A stretch of 63,444 nucleotides of DNA, counting the filler, from Choristocarpus tenellus KU-1152 (lineage: Eukaryota > Protista > Phaeophyceae), in assembly GCA_964200185.2 (NCBI GenBank). It is 8 parts of 8 records of this genome, joined end to end, with 100 filler letters (N's around TTAATTAATTAA, not from the genome) between each part and the next. Parts side by side here need not be neighbours in the genome. Positions count along the whole stretch, not along the records: positions 1 to 4,284 come from CAXNAD020015298.1; positions 4,385 to 8,611 come from CAXNAD020015588.1; positions 8,712 to 12,131 come from CAXNAD020020157.1; positions 12,232 to 22,659 come from CAXNAD020002938.1; 4 more parts are not named here. The stretch is one strand, 5' to 3'. The notes below the pieces were generated by a model. That model did no database searches. It had not been told where the DNA came from and saw only the letters and a list, made by a program, of their open reading frames with translations. Each line of letters begins with the position of its first letter. Within the stretch, counting starts at the first letter, position 1. Below, in pieces: positions 1-12,976 of the stretch. The translations under genes and the position numbers were made by a program.

Positions 1-1379
1 CACACACACCCCAAACAGCTTGCATCTTTGGTTTTTGGGTGTGTGGGGGGGGGGGGGGGGGGGGGGGGGGGGTTGGGGGGGCAACAGTAATGCACTCCAA
101 CAACCTTCTCCCCATTAAAAAAAATACAAGTTAAGCAACTTTTCACAGCATCAATGAAGCACGTAGGGGCCATGTCAAAGAGGTCATTGTGTATAGGAAT
201 GGGGGGGGAAGGGCAGAGCTGAGAGGAATGAGCAAAGAAAGGCCACACAATACACTTCTTAACATTCATGATAACAGCGAGGAGAGGACACAGAGAAGGT
301 GATAGGTGACTGAGACAGCTCACAGAGAGGAGGTTGACACAAAGAAGCACAAACTAAGCCCCTAGCCAAGGGGATACTGTATGGAGAGTCAAGTGAATAA
401 ACTTCTCCATCCTCCACACCCATCCTCAAAGTCTACACACACGGTTCATAAGTAAAGGAACTCCTACTTTGAAAGATACGTATGTCACCACTGTCTTCAA
501 ATCTTTGTTGTTATCAATCACACAGAGGGGAGGTTGCATCCCAATTCCGACGGCCATCAAAATTGCAGTTCAACAAGGCCACTGAGGTTACTCATTTTGA
601 TACATAACACAAGCAACGTATTCAACACCTCAAAAATTTCATGTCCCAAAGTGCAATCGGAATTGTCCGGCTAGATCATCAACCATAAACTGAAGTGTGA
701 CAGAGAGAAGATATTTTTAAACAGCATGGAACGCCCAGACAGTCACCCAGCCTTGCCATGCACCAGGCCTTGAACTTTCCAGGAAACATCCTTGATTTTT
801 CCTTTTAGTCTTAGATGGTGCGGTTGAGATATGAAGGCAATGAAGATTGATCGCATCTTCTAAGATGCTTGAGATTCACACCAAGACTGTCATCTGTGCA
901 CCACACAGTCGTGGTGTGCATGGTAGACATGACTATCGCACAAGGCAAATAACAACATTGACATTGCTGCCATCTGTCATTGGCCGTATAATACTGTCAC
1001 TAAGTCAAACACAGGTGAAAATCGTGACAACCATTATTTGTTTATGGCTTGCAACAGGGTGTACAGTATAGCCAGGATCAACCTACATGACGACAGCCAA
1101 CTAAGGAAACGCCTGCTGCTCGCTAAACAGTCAGTCGACAGCCCTCTCAACCACAGACCATCCAGGGTGTAGAGGATCTCCATAATTCTTTACAGAGCTC
1201 CTGCTCACCAGAAGCACAAGATGATTGTTATGTATGATAGGTTCTGCCTGAATTTCAAGTTGAGGCTTTGCTACGTATGCCATACCAACCCATAACCACA
1301 TCCCTTTGCATCCAATTCTCCTTCCTCTGTTCTTGTGCATTGGCTCTTAACACCAAACCCTTGCAATACCTTTCCGCAC

Positions 1380-1917
1380 CTGTACTGCTACTGCCAAGTA
1401 TTTGGTGTTTCCCTTGATGTAGCTTTGCTCCCCTTGAGTTGTGGCCACAGGGATGCCTGTCCAGCAAACATCTGCCTGCGCGTATGCAATTGAGGAAGGG
1501 CAGGAGAGGGAATACATGTTCTCTGCGCAACCTTGAAAACCCTGGATCGATATCAAAATGTGGCGATATCTATTTGATGTAGCATGGAGGAAGCTCCATT
1601 TCGGATTCACTTCGATAATCACATGGAACAAAGGACAGGCAATACACATATAGCTTTACATTTATTCCACGATGAAAAGTCTGCGGCAACGTAACCACAT
1701 AGGAATGTGAGCTGGCGGTTAGGTCACCGTGAGACGTAAGCAAGAGGGTAAATGGGATGGCACCCTACCTGTGCGCTGGTATTTCACTTTGACCATACAT
1801 GATAACCTAAGCCGTTGGGAAGAACAGATAGGACAATAGGGCAGCAATCTATTGACTTACCTTTGGGGATTCGACAAAGACGTGGCGATACTTGGATGCG
1901 CGAACGAAGTGGCTCAT
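1380..1917 (-). CDS. Coronin (actin-binding WD40 protein), first two coding exons (1861-1917, 1380-1475); remainder not found and probably left of the window
   Basis: Spliced translation MSHFVRASKYRHVFVESPK|ADVCWTGIPVATTQGEQSYIKGNTKYLAVAVQ matches the coronin N-terminal signature (FVRxSKYRHVF...IKxNxKYxAV). Canonical gtaagt/gcag and gtgcgg splice sites, both phase 0. Exon 1 frame is not in the ORF track. Confidence 0.88.
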
Positions 1918-3258
1918 GTTGGTTACTGTCTGCCGCCTTCGGTTTGTGCTGGGTTCGTGTGTCTAAGGTTCTGATACCATTCTCAGAGTAGTGCCGCAAA
2001 TCGTAAGGGGAGGATTCAAACAAAGGAAGACAGGATGACGCATAGACAGGAAAGATTCACTTCAGTCGGAACACGAGTATTCAAAATGACAGAAAGTGGG
2101 TGGAATAAGCACGATATGATAATAGGATATGACCCCCCAGCAAAAGAGAACTTCTGTTATTCCACTTTAAATACCATAGACCCCTTGACATACATACAAT
2201 GCAACTCCTTCAACACAGATGTTATGCATTGTTATTATCATCTTGTGTGCCAAATATCTCAATCCATCCATTCCACTAGAGAACACACATGCTAACTTGT
2301 ACTGGTTTCTACGGGTGAACAACCAATGGCAAGATTATCCTGTCAATAAAACTAAGCCAGAACAGGTCGAAAAGAACTACCTTCCTGATTCTCTCATTCA
2401 TTTCCTAATCCTCAATAACACAGTGGTACTGTACAATTTACATCAACACACCTGCTGCCCTCTGCTATCTGAGCGACACGATCAAGTGCAGTCAACAAAA
2501 TCAACCCCAAGAACAGCCTCTCCACGCCCACCCAAGAAGGAACATCTGTAGTGCCTACCCGGCGGAACTTGCGGTGAGATACGCCTCAGTACCAAGGCTG
2601 CTGTTTCTTTTCGCCCCAGACGCCAGTCCTATTGAGACGCCAAGTAGTACGACACTACCAGTGTCCGGAGGTTCTGATGTTGGGTTGGGGTGTTGTTGGG
2701 TAGTCGCGCCATAATATTCGTTCTCGCAGAAACATGCGCGCGATCTTTCCACGCAGCGCAATCACCACTACTCTATATATATCATAGATATATTATGCAT
2801 AAGGATATCACTACTCTAATATTAATTCATTCATTACTGATTGTATACTATTATGCCCTCTGACATTTTGCAGATGTGTCAGGGAAAACTATATACATAT
2901 GTGTATATAAAATGTCCTAAACATAAGAATACTGTAAGACAATGCGTGGAAACCTCTTGTATTCTTGGATGTTTTTAATTCTTGCGAAGTGGAAAAGGCC
3001 GATATCACCGATATATGTTATGGAAAGACAAGAAAGCACAATTATGGATATAGAATTCCTTTAATATAGACTTCCTTTTATGTTTAGAAGGAAGCATCGG
3101 ATCACGATGCTGAAGTATTGACCTTCTTTAAAAAACAAATTGATATCGTAGGATGATCATCTCCTTTCGGCGATACTTTAAGATGCCAAAACTAACGATT
3201 AAAAATTAGAACATATTTTCCTACTTCCTAACCTACAACACATTTCATCTTAAATATG

Positions 3259-3290
<32 letters not shown>

Positions 3291-4241
3291 TGCAGATGTG
3301 TCAGGGGGGAAACCAATGAAAACTATACATATGTCGTTATTAGCCCTCCTAAAGAAATATAATATTCTAAACGTAAGAACACTATAAAACATTGCAAGTG
3401 TGGAAACGACTAAGCAGTTACTTCACCACTACCAAATATAAATTGCCGCTTGCGTTTAGGAGACAGAATAAAAAACGAATAAAAATAAAATAACATATAA
3501 ACTGGTGAAATAAGCCCACGAATTAACGGTATTTATAGTGATGGCATATGCTAGAAAATAGTAAATATATGTTAGATATCTTTCACATTTACCACAACTG
3601 TTACTTTTGCAGGGGTCCTTGTGATATTGGTTTGTCTCTTCCTTGACATATTTCCAAAATGTTGGAGAGCATAATAGTACAGTGTATGGTTGCAAGTATC
3701 GTTGTAGGGTCTGGTCAAGGGGTGCCAGATGTGAATAGGGTATAGATAGATACAATGTCACTCTCCTGCACAGCCCCATGATAGAATCCAACACCAGAGT
3801 TTCCCCTATGTCCTCGCCCTCCCTCATGGGTTCCAAATAACTCTGAAGGAGAGAAGTTGATTGTAGATGACGTGGGGTCCATGGACAAAGCGGACAACAT
3901 ATATTAGTGCAACACGTTCAAATCATTCATAATAAGGAGTGGGCTCCATTATTCCCCCTTGCCACCACCCCCAGCTCCTTCTGTTTCTCTTCTTGGAGAT
4001 GAATCTGCCCATACCAAAAACATCAAGCCTCAGCTCGACTTCACCAGCGAACATGACATCATTCTCGCTCACCAGGTTCATGCTGCGGCACAATCATGGA
4101 AGGGCCATATGCGTAGCTTGGTCATACATGGGAGGAGATATGGGGGGACACCCACTGTGTACAGGTTGTGGATGTGTTGCAGGTATAGCCTGAGTTTGCT
4201 GCGGTCAAGAAAAGCTAAAGCGTAGTAAATCTTCCTGAAAT

Positions 4242-4284
4242 GGGTCAAAGTATCTGGGGGGGGGGGGGGGTTTGTGGAGGGGCG
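4242..4284. mobile_element. MITE family A terminus at a contig end
   Basis: GGGTCAAAGTATCTG followed by poly-G running into the gap. Confidence 0.6.
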
Positions 4285-4384
4285 NNNNNNNNNNNNNNNN
4301 NNNNNNNNNNNNNNNNNNNNNNNNNNNNTTAATTAATTAANNNNNNNNNNNNNNNNNNNNNNNNNNNNNNNNNNNNNNNNNNNN
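4285..4384. other. Artificial contig spacer (also 8612-8711, 12132-12231, 22660-22759, 47125-47224, 55345-55444, 60436-60535)
   Basis: Identical 44N + TTAATTAATTAA (stops in all six frames) + 44N in every case. Confidence 0.98.
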
Positions 4385-6544
4385 TCAGAGCCCCCCCCTA
4401 CCCCTCCCTGGTGTCCACCTCCCCTCCCCCACCCAAAGATGTTCAGTCGGCTCCCCCAGCGGTGTGAGCGACTAACAAGCTGCATGGCCTTGATCCAGGA
4501 AAGAATGACCTCATGGTAGATAAGGCCCCTACTAGGGAACTGGACAAGAGAACCAAATTGGAGCATTGTTGATCACCACGTGAGTGAGTCAGTATTGCCA
4601 GAAGGAATTACGTGTAGAAGAGCCAATTGTGTCAGGGGAGGAAGGGGGGGAATAGAAACTATGAGAGTACGGGCCAAACATATACGACCAAGACGAATAT
4701 TTGTTTATTATACCCACACTGCAGTAGGCAGTCGCAGCTCCATGCCCTCTATGAGCCATCATATGGGATTCTCACTCTCTTAGGGCGACAGAAGTGCTTT
4801 TGTGTTTCACTTGATTGTCAATGTCGCCCATGTCGCCTTCTTCCCTGGGAACACAAGCTGTACCAGAATGCAAGCTTCCCCCCTCCCCATCCCCAGGGCA
4901 GGACAACAGTGCAGCACACCTCAACGAGCGCAAACCCTAACCCTAACCCAAGATTCTTATCGGTACATGATAAAAGACTGGTGTTCAAACAAGTCACCAC
5001 CAAACGCAGTACTGCTGACCTCAATAGACAACAACAGTTGTGACCTTCGTATATTGCAACCACTGTTCAGAAGAACTGAGGGTGGCAATCGGTTTCGTGT
5101 CCTGTGCTTGGAGCAGGACGTGATGATTGGCGGTTCAATTTGTCTTGAAGACATAGAAACAATCATATTCGTCACGGAAGGGAGTGCGTTGTGTGTTGTG
5201 CGTGTGCACACGCGTACAGAAAAAGAAAAAGAAGACTATTGAATGTTCATGGCGTGAAGGTGTGCGGAACTTAATTAGAGTATGTTGAATAGTGTTGCAT
5301 AGAGATGTGACCAGAAACTGCCTGTCCTGAACCATGTACAACATAAGCCATACATGTAACAGGTCGGCAACGAGTATTCCATTGTGACATGCTGATAGTA
5401 GCAATAGCAGTGACACCACTAACTCTAAAATACAGTTTTATAAAAGAAAGTTCCTCTTGAAACACAAGAAACCCTCCACTTCTCAATCAAAGGGTGCATG
5501 GCCTGTCAACCAAGAATGGACAAGACTTCACATGTATCATTACCTCCACCACACCCTTGATCCCCCCTCTCACCTTGACACTCTTTTCGAAGCTCGCGGG
5601 CTGGATGCCCAGTAGGGCATCGGTGAAGGGATCCCTATCGGGATAACTCCCGTAGCCAAACATCATGAAGGTGGGGTAGTGCGTTACGCCAGCCAGCTGG
5701 CAAAAAGCTCGGTTCTGTTCATCCTGCTCACAGTTGAACTTCCCAGTCACAAGGTGACTCTTGCTCCTAGGGCTCTCTGATTCCAGCTGCGCCCCTATCT
5801 CTTCCCACATGGGAGTGAAGGTCGTCCTAGGGGAAAAGAGAAAGGTTACACAAGCGAGTGTATGAGGACAAAGGTGCTTTGTAATATTTGGTGGGGCTGT
5901 TGATATTACCAGTGCTCCTTTTCTCCCCGACTAAGGCACCCTGAGACTGGGGAACTAGGCACTAAACGCATCATTGCACTCAACTTAATTCTCAGGACTA
6001 TCACGGCATAAACCACAGTCGCGATCTCATTCCAGGAGGTGCCGTTTCAACAGTCACTTCCAGACTTTGGAGTCGTGGATTAAATATGGGGTGGGCCAAA
6101 CACTTGCGAATCTCTCATAGAAAGATGAGCTTATGACGTGCTGATTTATACCTTCTTAGCCTTCAGCACTCCATTGTTGGGTTGATCCGTCAGCAACACC
6201 ATGAGAGTGTTTGTTACAGGTTTTAAACTAAATAAAAGTGCAGACTCTAAGGTCCAGATGGGGCAAAGATACGAGGCCCGTTTAGCACCAAAATAACAGA
6301 TGGATGAAAAAATATCTCACTTGCAGTGTGGGCACCAGGGTGCGTAGAACATTACAGCGTAGTCGTCCATCCAGCTCTCCATATTGTTTGTCAACGTCTG
6401 CGCGTCCAGGTTTACCAAGGTCTGAGTCTGTAACCCACCGTTTTCCTTTGGTCCACCAGCTCCTACGTGCCATGACACAAATGCCAAGACAATAGCTAGA
6501 GGAAATAAAAGTCGTTCTCGATGTCGTGGGCTTCGAGGGTCCAT
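4385..6544 (-). CDS. Signal-peptide thioredoxin/PDI-like protein with WCPHC active site; exons 6321-6544, 5574-5826, 4385-4539 (3' end lost in gap)
   Basis: Hydrophobic N-terminus (LLFPLAIVLAFVSW), then YAVMFYAPWCPHCK|TTFTPMWEEIG...GKFNCE...FCQLAGVTHYPT, a thioredoxin fold with cis-Pro YPT. Splice phases are consistent (2, 0). Confidence 0.85.
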
Positions 6545-6860
6545 GGTCTCAATATGTGGGACCCCAATTATACAAGTTGGGAAGGGGCCAGTCTATCGGC
6601 ACTGTGATAGAAGCCCAAGTCACTTATCTTCAGATCGAACCGAACACACAATGGAATAAATCCAAAGTGGTATAGCTACTGGGACTTTCTCTTTGGCTCG
6701 TCTTCTGGGGTGTGCGTGGCTGCTGAGTATAGTCCTACTACTGCTATGTTGAGGAGAGGTTTTGCCTTTCATCCTGAGGCGTCAACTCAAAACGAACCGT
6801 CCACCGACCGTCCAATAAGGTATTGAGCTAGATAGATACAAAGGGGAAACAAGGGCTGGA
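6545..6860. promoter_or_regulatory. Putative bidirectional promoter between the PDI-like gene and ZNHIT3
   Basis: Two divergent ATGs 316 bp apart in a CpG-rich stretch. Confidence 0.5.
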
Positions 6861-8611
6861 ATGAAGGTCAGCAACGAGCCCTGTGGCGTGTGCTCTAACG
6901 TTGCTGCGAAGTATCGATGTCCGGGCTGTTCCATTCCATACTGCTCGCTTGGCTGTTTCAAGGCGCACAAAACTGGACTGGAGGGAAGGCCCGCTTGTAG
7001 TGGAAAACGAGAGAGACCGAAAGATGGGTCTAGAGAGGAAGTTCCTAAGCTGAATGGAGGTTCAAAGAGTGTGGTGATAGACGATTTATTGGAAAATGAT
7101 GGTAAACGCCCAAAGTATAACGATCCACCTCCCACTGTAGCATGTGAAGAGGTGAAGGATGGGAATGATTGTGGAGAAGGGGTGGGCATGGGTACAAGCG
7201 CGCAACAGCCACCACGAGAAGACGAGGAAGCGGGTGTAGAGCCACTGAAGGGGCTGAAGGATGAAGGGGGTGGAGAAGGTGTGGGCATGAGTACAAACGC
7301 ACAGCAGCCAACGCGAGAAGACGAGGAAGATGGTCAAGAGTTACTGAAGGGATTGAAGGACGAAGAGGAAGAGTGGCAGCTCACTGCGGAGCAGAAGAGT
7401 CGATTAGCGAGCTCCAACGCGGTGAGGGCGGCCCTCCGTGACCCCAAGCTCCAGTCATTACTGGTGAGTTTCCAAAACCACTACATAACTTCCGCAGGAG
7501 CTCACTACTCGCGGTCATCCGAAGTTGTGATAGTCGAGAAAAAAATAGGGGAATTTCAACAAGCCGATGTTAGGGCTCTACTCCGAGGATAGAACCTTTG
7601 ACAGAGATTCTTTTCTTGACGAGAGAGCTTCCAATGTGGCCATCGACGAGAGAGTGGTTACCTTCCATAAGTCCCTTAGAGTTTCAAAAAGTAACCTGCA
7701 TCTTGGACTAGGTTAGAGTTATCATCTCTTGATTTCAGTGGAAGGAAACTGAGCCTTTTTTTTTAACTTGCGGTTTCTTACTGGCCGCCAGTCCTTACAT
7801 CACAACACATGGTTGAAATTGGACTCGTAACAGATCTATGGCAATTAGGAACGGCTTCTTCTAGCGTGAAATCAGGTTGCGCATGGATGGAGATATTTCT
7901 ACCTTATCATGGAGTGTGCACAGTTTGCAGGGAAGATCGCTCTTTTCGCCAGTACCACGGCAACTTTCGGCCTTGAAGAATCGGTATGATTTTTTTTTAT
8001 TGTCGGTGTACCTGTTTGCATCAGGGCGCAGAAGTGCTAAAATTGTGCTTATGTTGAAACTGTGAACCTCTGAGTTGATATCCTATCCCACTGCAGTTAT
8101 CCTTGCATCGAGTGCACTATTGATTGAAAAAATTGAGCACCTCAGTCAACTGGTGGATTAGGATTAGGTTATTCAGGATGACTATGGATCCGTTTTTTAT
8201 CATTGCTACTTCATGCTCAACATCAATGATCATTGCAGTACGCTTGGCATTATCATTAAACTCTCAACACATATCCCTCACTGGCAGCAGATGTGCTGTA
8301 CACCTCTTGCCCTGAGAACTTTTGCTATGGTCATGGATGAGAGGTCAATGTCATTGCGTGTTTCCCACATCCCTGCATTGAATCATCTCAATATTTTTCG
8401 AGCACAGTGACAGGCTTCTACTGCCAGTCGGCAATCCTTCACTACCGAAGGCTGAACAGTTTTGAACGAGCTTAACGTGATTGGAACTTTGTCAAGAAAA
8501 TCACTTCACTTGACCTTTCTCCTGGATACCAACACCCCCACCCCCTCACCCCCCCACCCCCTCTCTCCTCTCATCTGTTTTGGTATATTTTCTTAGGTCG
8601 ACATCGATGGG
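6861..8611 (+). CDS. ZNHIT3: Zinc finger HIT domain protein 3 / Hit1 (box C/D snoRNP assembly factor); exon 1 6861-7463, exon 2 starts at 8597 and runs into a gap
   Basis: zf-HIT motif CGVC...KYRCPGCSIPYCSLGCFKAHK, plus the C-terminal motif LASSNAVRAALRDPKLQSLL|VDIDG. Donor gtgagt at 7464 and acceptor tttcttag ending at 8596. Confidence 0.85.
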
Positions 8612-10636
8612 NNNNNNNNNNNNNNNNNNNNNNNNNNNNNNNNNNNNNNNNNNNNTTAATTAATTAANNNNNNNNNNNNNNNNNNNNNNNNNNNNNNNNN
8701 NNNNNNNNNNNATGATGAAAATAATAAGAGAGCTTCAAGTGGTAACACTTCTACCTCCCTTATGCCTCAGTCTTTTTATCTTTGAACGAAACATTGAGTC
8801 AAGCTTTGAGCTAAACAATGAGTGGAGTATCAAGAGAAAGGCTATTTGACACCCTACAACCCGTTGTAAAAGGCAATGCCCCCATAGCGTCATTTTAAGT
8901 TCGTTGGATTTGAGTTGTACATCCTGGGAAGGTGAGCATTGAGGGGCGCCTGTAACAATAGGGCATAAGGGGTGTGAACGGAGGGCAGACTCAAAAATGT
9001 TCAACAAATGTGTGTTCTTCATCTGTCACCTTGTCCTTGTTGATGGTCTCAATCCACAACTGTCGCCTGCAGGGTTTGGGTGCGTATGAACTTATCCAGT
9101 GGCACCTCTGATAGTCCCAACCCCGCACACACCTCTTCCACACCGTCTATCTATCGCTTTAATGTGCACGGATGTGTGAACCTCCATAGATCTTATGGAT
9201 TGATGTAGCAACCAGCACTCACCACTTCACAAGAATTACATGTAGATATGGACCCAGCCACAACAGGAAGGGTTAGGGTTAGGAGGAAATGAAAATGCTT
9301 ACGGGTTAGAGTTCTTGAACCCCCTGCTGACAAGAGATGAGGAATTGTAGTGGGCATACTAACAGCACCAGTACAGCAGTAAAACTACTACTTCAATGAT
9401 GCTACTGTGCAAGAAAACTATAGAGCACTACTGCTTACTGAGGTTGGAGCTACCAGTACTAACCCTATCGATGCTACTGTCATGATAGGTAGTTGTTGTA
9501 GGATAATCAGAAGTACTACCCCCACTACTCACTGTTCACGACAACTACTAATACCACTCACAAGTGGATGATAAGAAGCACTATCCAATCGAGTATTATA
9601 TAAAAGATTGACAAGCGAGGTAATCAGACAGTGTTACTCGAAGCGACTAGAGTGACAAAAAAAGGTACAGCCTAAAAAAAAAGAACGAATGGTTGGCAGA
9701 ACCATTGAGAGAGAAGGACTAATAGAAGAGGTGACGGTACGAAAGAACTTGATAACGTGTTTTTAAACCATTATTTATATTTAGTATATATTTTGAACAG
9801 GTCTATACCCGTACGTACCCCAAAAGTAAATATATGTACTAAATCCTATCTAACAGAATCTGTACCAGTAGCACCCCCCCACAAAGTCCCCCTCCAAGGC
9901 ACATGTTGGGGTAGCAAAAAGATAGAAATTAGTCAAGCCACATAATCCTAACCCTAATTCAGAATCCATGTGCGTGTGTGGGTGTCACCCAACAAAAACA
10001 CAACAAAATGAGAACGCATATCATACATCACACAGGAAATTTATGTCTATCCAGCAGTGAAGGACAAGAGTAAATTGGTACGTCTTCTTCATCAGATATG
10101 ACTCAAAATGAAGTACTGTTATGCCCACTGATTTTGCAGATGTCATCGAGGGAACAAGAACTGAGAAACATGGAAGGCAAAGAGAGAAACAAAACAACGG
10201 CAACAACACAATATGTATTAGTTACACACAGATGTAAAGGTCTTCTGACACACTGTAATTAATTATGGTATAATTGAAAACAAGGCAGCATAAACACAAC
10301 AAAGTAAGCATATCAAGACATACATATCCGCAACTACTCCTAAACTGGCACTACGAAATTGGTCTAAAAGCAAGTGAAATTCCCATGAGTCTATTAAGCC
10401 CAGCCTTACCAACTAGGTTGGGGATTCTAGCTTGAAGTGCATGGCACGCCTTGGAATTGCTACTTGTGCTGTGATGCACATATTCTGTGTTCCTTCACTG
10501 CTTCCTTCTAAGTACCTCAGCTCTCCTACCAACCACTACATGAGTTACCACGCCATCCAGGAATTACTTTGCTTGTGTGACAAAATGTCTGCAATCTCAG
10601 CCTCCATAGCGCTACAGGCTTTGACTGACGATCCAT

Positions 10637-10735
10637 CTGCATTGCACTCATTGATGCTGCATTGCACTCATTGATGCTGCATTGCACTCATTGATGCTGC
10701 ATTGCACTCATTGATGCTGCATTGCACTCATTGAT
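10637..10735. repeat. 20-bp tandem repeat (CTGCATTGCACTCATTGATG) x5
   Basis: Read directly; units are essentially perfect. Confidence 0.95.
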
Positions 10736-11367
10736 AATCTTCCAACTGAGATCCTGAAATTATCCTAAGTGAGGAGAGTTGTTTCCTCAATATTGTGCAC
10801 GTCGAACAATATTGTGCACGTCGAACAAGATGTGTGTTTCAAAGATAGGTTAGGAAAGGTCTATTTCGAGGTTATTGCAGAACTGGGAGATTACCTGAAA
10901 TGACAGAATGTACTCCATAAAGAAAGATGTAGTTTCCGACCCCAACACTCCACAGCGGATGTGATTTACACTGCATATGACCTCTAATCCTCAGTTGTGA
11001 AAATAATATGAACCTCTCTTTCATTTGATGTTCTAACCTCCTACAGAAAGCATAGGACTCTGTTGAATGCAATCCCCCTCCGTGAGTTGTGCTTGCCAAG
11101 TTTGGAGTATTTGAGAAGATTTATCTCAGGCATGTGCAAATTCCATGACAGAATGTGTGTATATGTCCACAAGGACAATGGAGAGTGTACAGATTGGCTT
11201 GATACAGGAAAATACCTTTGACAAGGGTGGGTGTTCTCATTGCCCCATACTCTTCTAACATCTTCACCACTGCAAAGCTAGTGGTAGCAGATTGGGAGTC
11301 CACCTCTGACTCAACCCTCTTCAAGGCCCTTGTCACCAAGATAAATGCCACAAACGACTGTGTCAAA

Positions 11368-11544
11368 GGCCCATAAGTATCTGAGGGGGGGGTGTCGGCC
11401 ATTTGGGGCCCATTTTTCCATGTCGCAATTCTTGGGTGATTTGGTTGCATATGTCGGATGGATGATTGTAAGTGCACTTTTCCTAGTCATGCCCCAAATG
11501 GACACCCTGGTGTAGACCCCCTCCCTCCCCAGATACTTTGAGTC
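11368..11544. mobile_element. MITE family A, complete copy (177 bp), TSD AAA
   Basis: TIRs GGCCCATAAGTATCTGAGGG / CCCCAGATACTTTGAGTC, flanked by aaa on both sides. Interior homologous to the other copies. Confidence 0.8.
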
Positions 11545-11946
11545 AAAGGAGGATGAACAGGGAATGGGGTACCACTTGAGCTTCTACTATTGGTTGTAAT
11601 CTCTTCTTACAACACAGAAAATGTGCGTAAGACTAAGATAATAGTGACTGTGAAGGTGACCAGGTCATTCAGACGTACTGGATCTGATTTGATGACAGGG
11701 TCAATGTGCCTTCAACCTCCTAGTAAGACCAGAGACGCTATGCAGATCCAGTCTTTCAGCACTAGAGCTCTGCAGATGGACAAATTCCATTACCTTTCTT
11801 TAAGACTCTATCAGTAATGAAACTGGTATGTCATCACCACGATTAATCGACACATAGCAAAGTAGTTCATGACAGAACTGCTTGGTGTTGTATCACTTGG
11901 ACTTGAGATTATCATACACAAGGCTGAAGTACTTTATGTTCTTTTT

Positions 11947-12256
11947 GGCTCAAAGTATCTGGGGGGGGGTGGGGGGTGGCAGCAGCTGTCCATTTGGGAT
12001 CAAAATTTTCATATCGCGATTTTTGGGTGATTTGATTCCATACGTCGGATGGATAATGTAAAAGCAGTTTTCCTGATTTTGGTCAAATGGACACCCTGGT
12101 GTAGACGCGCCCGCCCCCCGCCCCCCCCCGCNNNNNNNNNNNNNNNNNNNNNNNNNNNNNNNNNNNNNNNNNNNNTTAATTAATTAANNNNNNNNNNNNN
12201 NNNNNNNNNNNNNNNNNNNNNNNNNNNNNNNCCCCCCCCCCCAGATACTCTGAACC
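11947..12256. mobile_element. MITE family A copy spanning an assembly gap
   Basis: Left TIR GGCTCAAAGTATCTGGGG and the family interior lie before the gap; right TIR CCCAGATACTCTGAACC lies after it. Confidence 0.7.
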
Positions 12257-12976
12257 AAAATAAATTAACGAAATTATCTCGTCAAGAACGCAATGGATTG
12301 CCAGAAATAGTCAAGCGTCATGTCAACCAGTGGTTAGGGTTAGCCATCTTACATGACCTCCTGAGATGTGGACTGAAAGCACCACACAACCTTGACAAAA
12401 ATGGACGAATTGGCCTCACTACATTCTACTCTAAGCAGCCTACCTACAAATATGCAAGACATCAAGAGGATGAGATGATAGAGCTTGACAATACTTTTTG
12501 ACTACAAATATATCACAATTGCCAATATATATATATATATATATATCATGACAGTGCTCAAGTTGAAGCACAAGGTGATGTCAAAAAGGGGTATGTACGC
12601 CAGGGCAATGCAGGAGAGATGAGGAGGGTAGAGATGGAGGAAACATCACCATCAGGAGGAGGGGTTGGAGGAGAGAGATGGCCTGAGATAGGACAGACCC
12701 AAGGGTCAAGGATTTGATCTCTAGATGCAATTTAGTCGCAGTGTAAGAAGGGATGGTAGGGTTAGGGATACAATGCGGTGATGTGGTAGGGTTAGGGTTA
12801 GGGCTACAATGCAGTCATGTGGTAGGCAACAACAGTAACAAAACATATATTGAAAACCATCCCCACCTGGTCCTGACATGAACTCACCTATATCCTATTA
12901 ATACTTGATGTGATGGGGTCAACATGAACTCACCCCACCCCATACAGCAACCTAACCCTAACCCTAAATTTATCCC

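Noticed and set aside
3939-4225. ORF with FTSEHDIILAHQV resembling Harbinger-associated Myb-like proteins
   Set aside because: Too short and degenerate to support.
4329-4340. Palindromic TTAATTAATTAA motif repeated seven times
   Set aside because: Assembly linker centred in N runs; not biological.
6782-7337. Antisense ORFs over ZNHIT3, and likewise over URB1 exons (13150-13686, 15458-16346)
   Set aside because: Shadow frames of GC-rich coding exons.
10637-10735. Regular repeats resembling a CRISPR array
   Set aside because: Head-to-tail 20-mers with no spacers, no cas genes, eukaryotic context.
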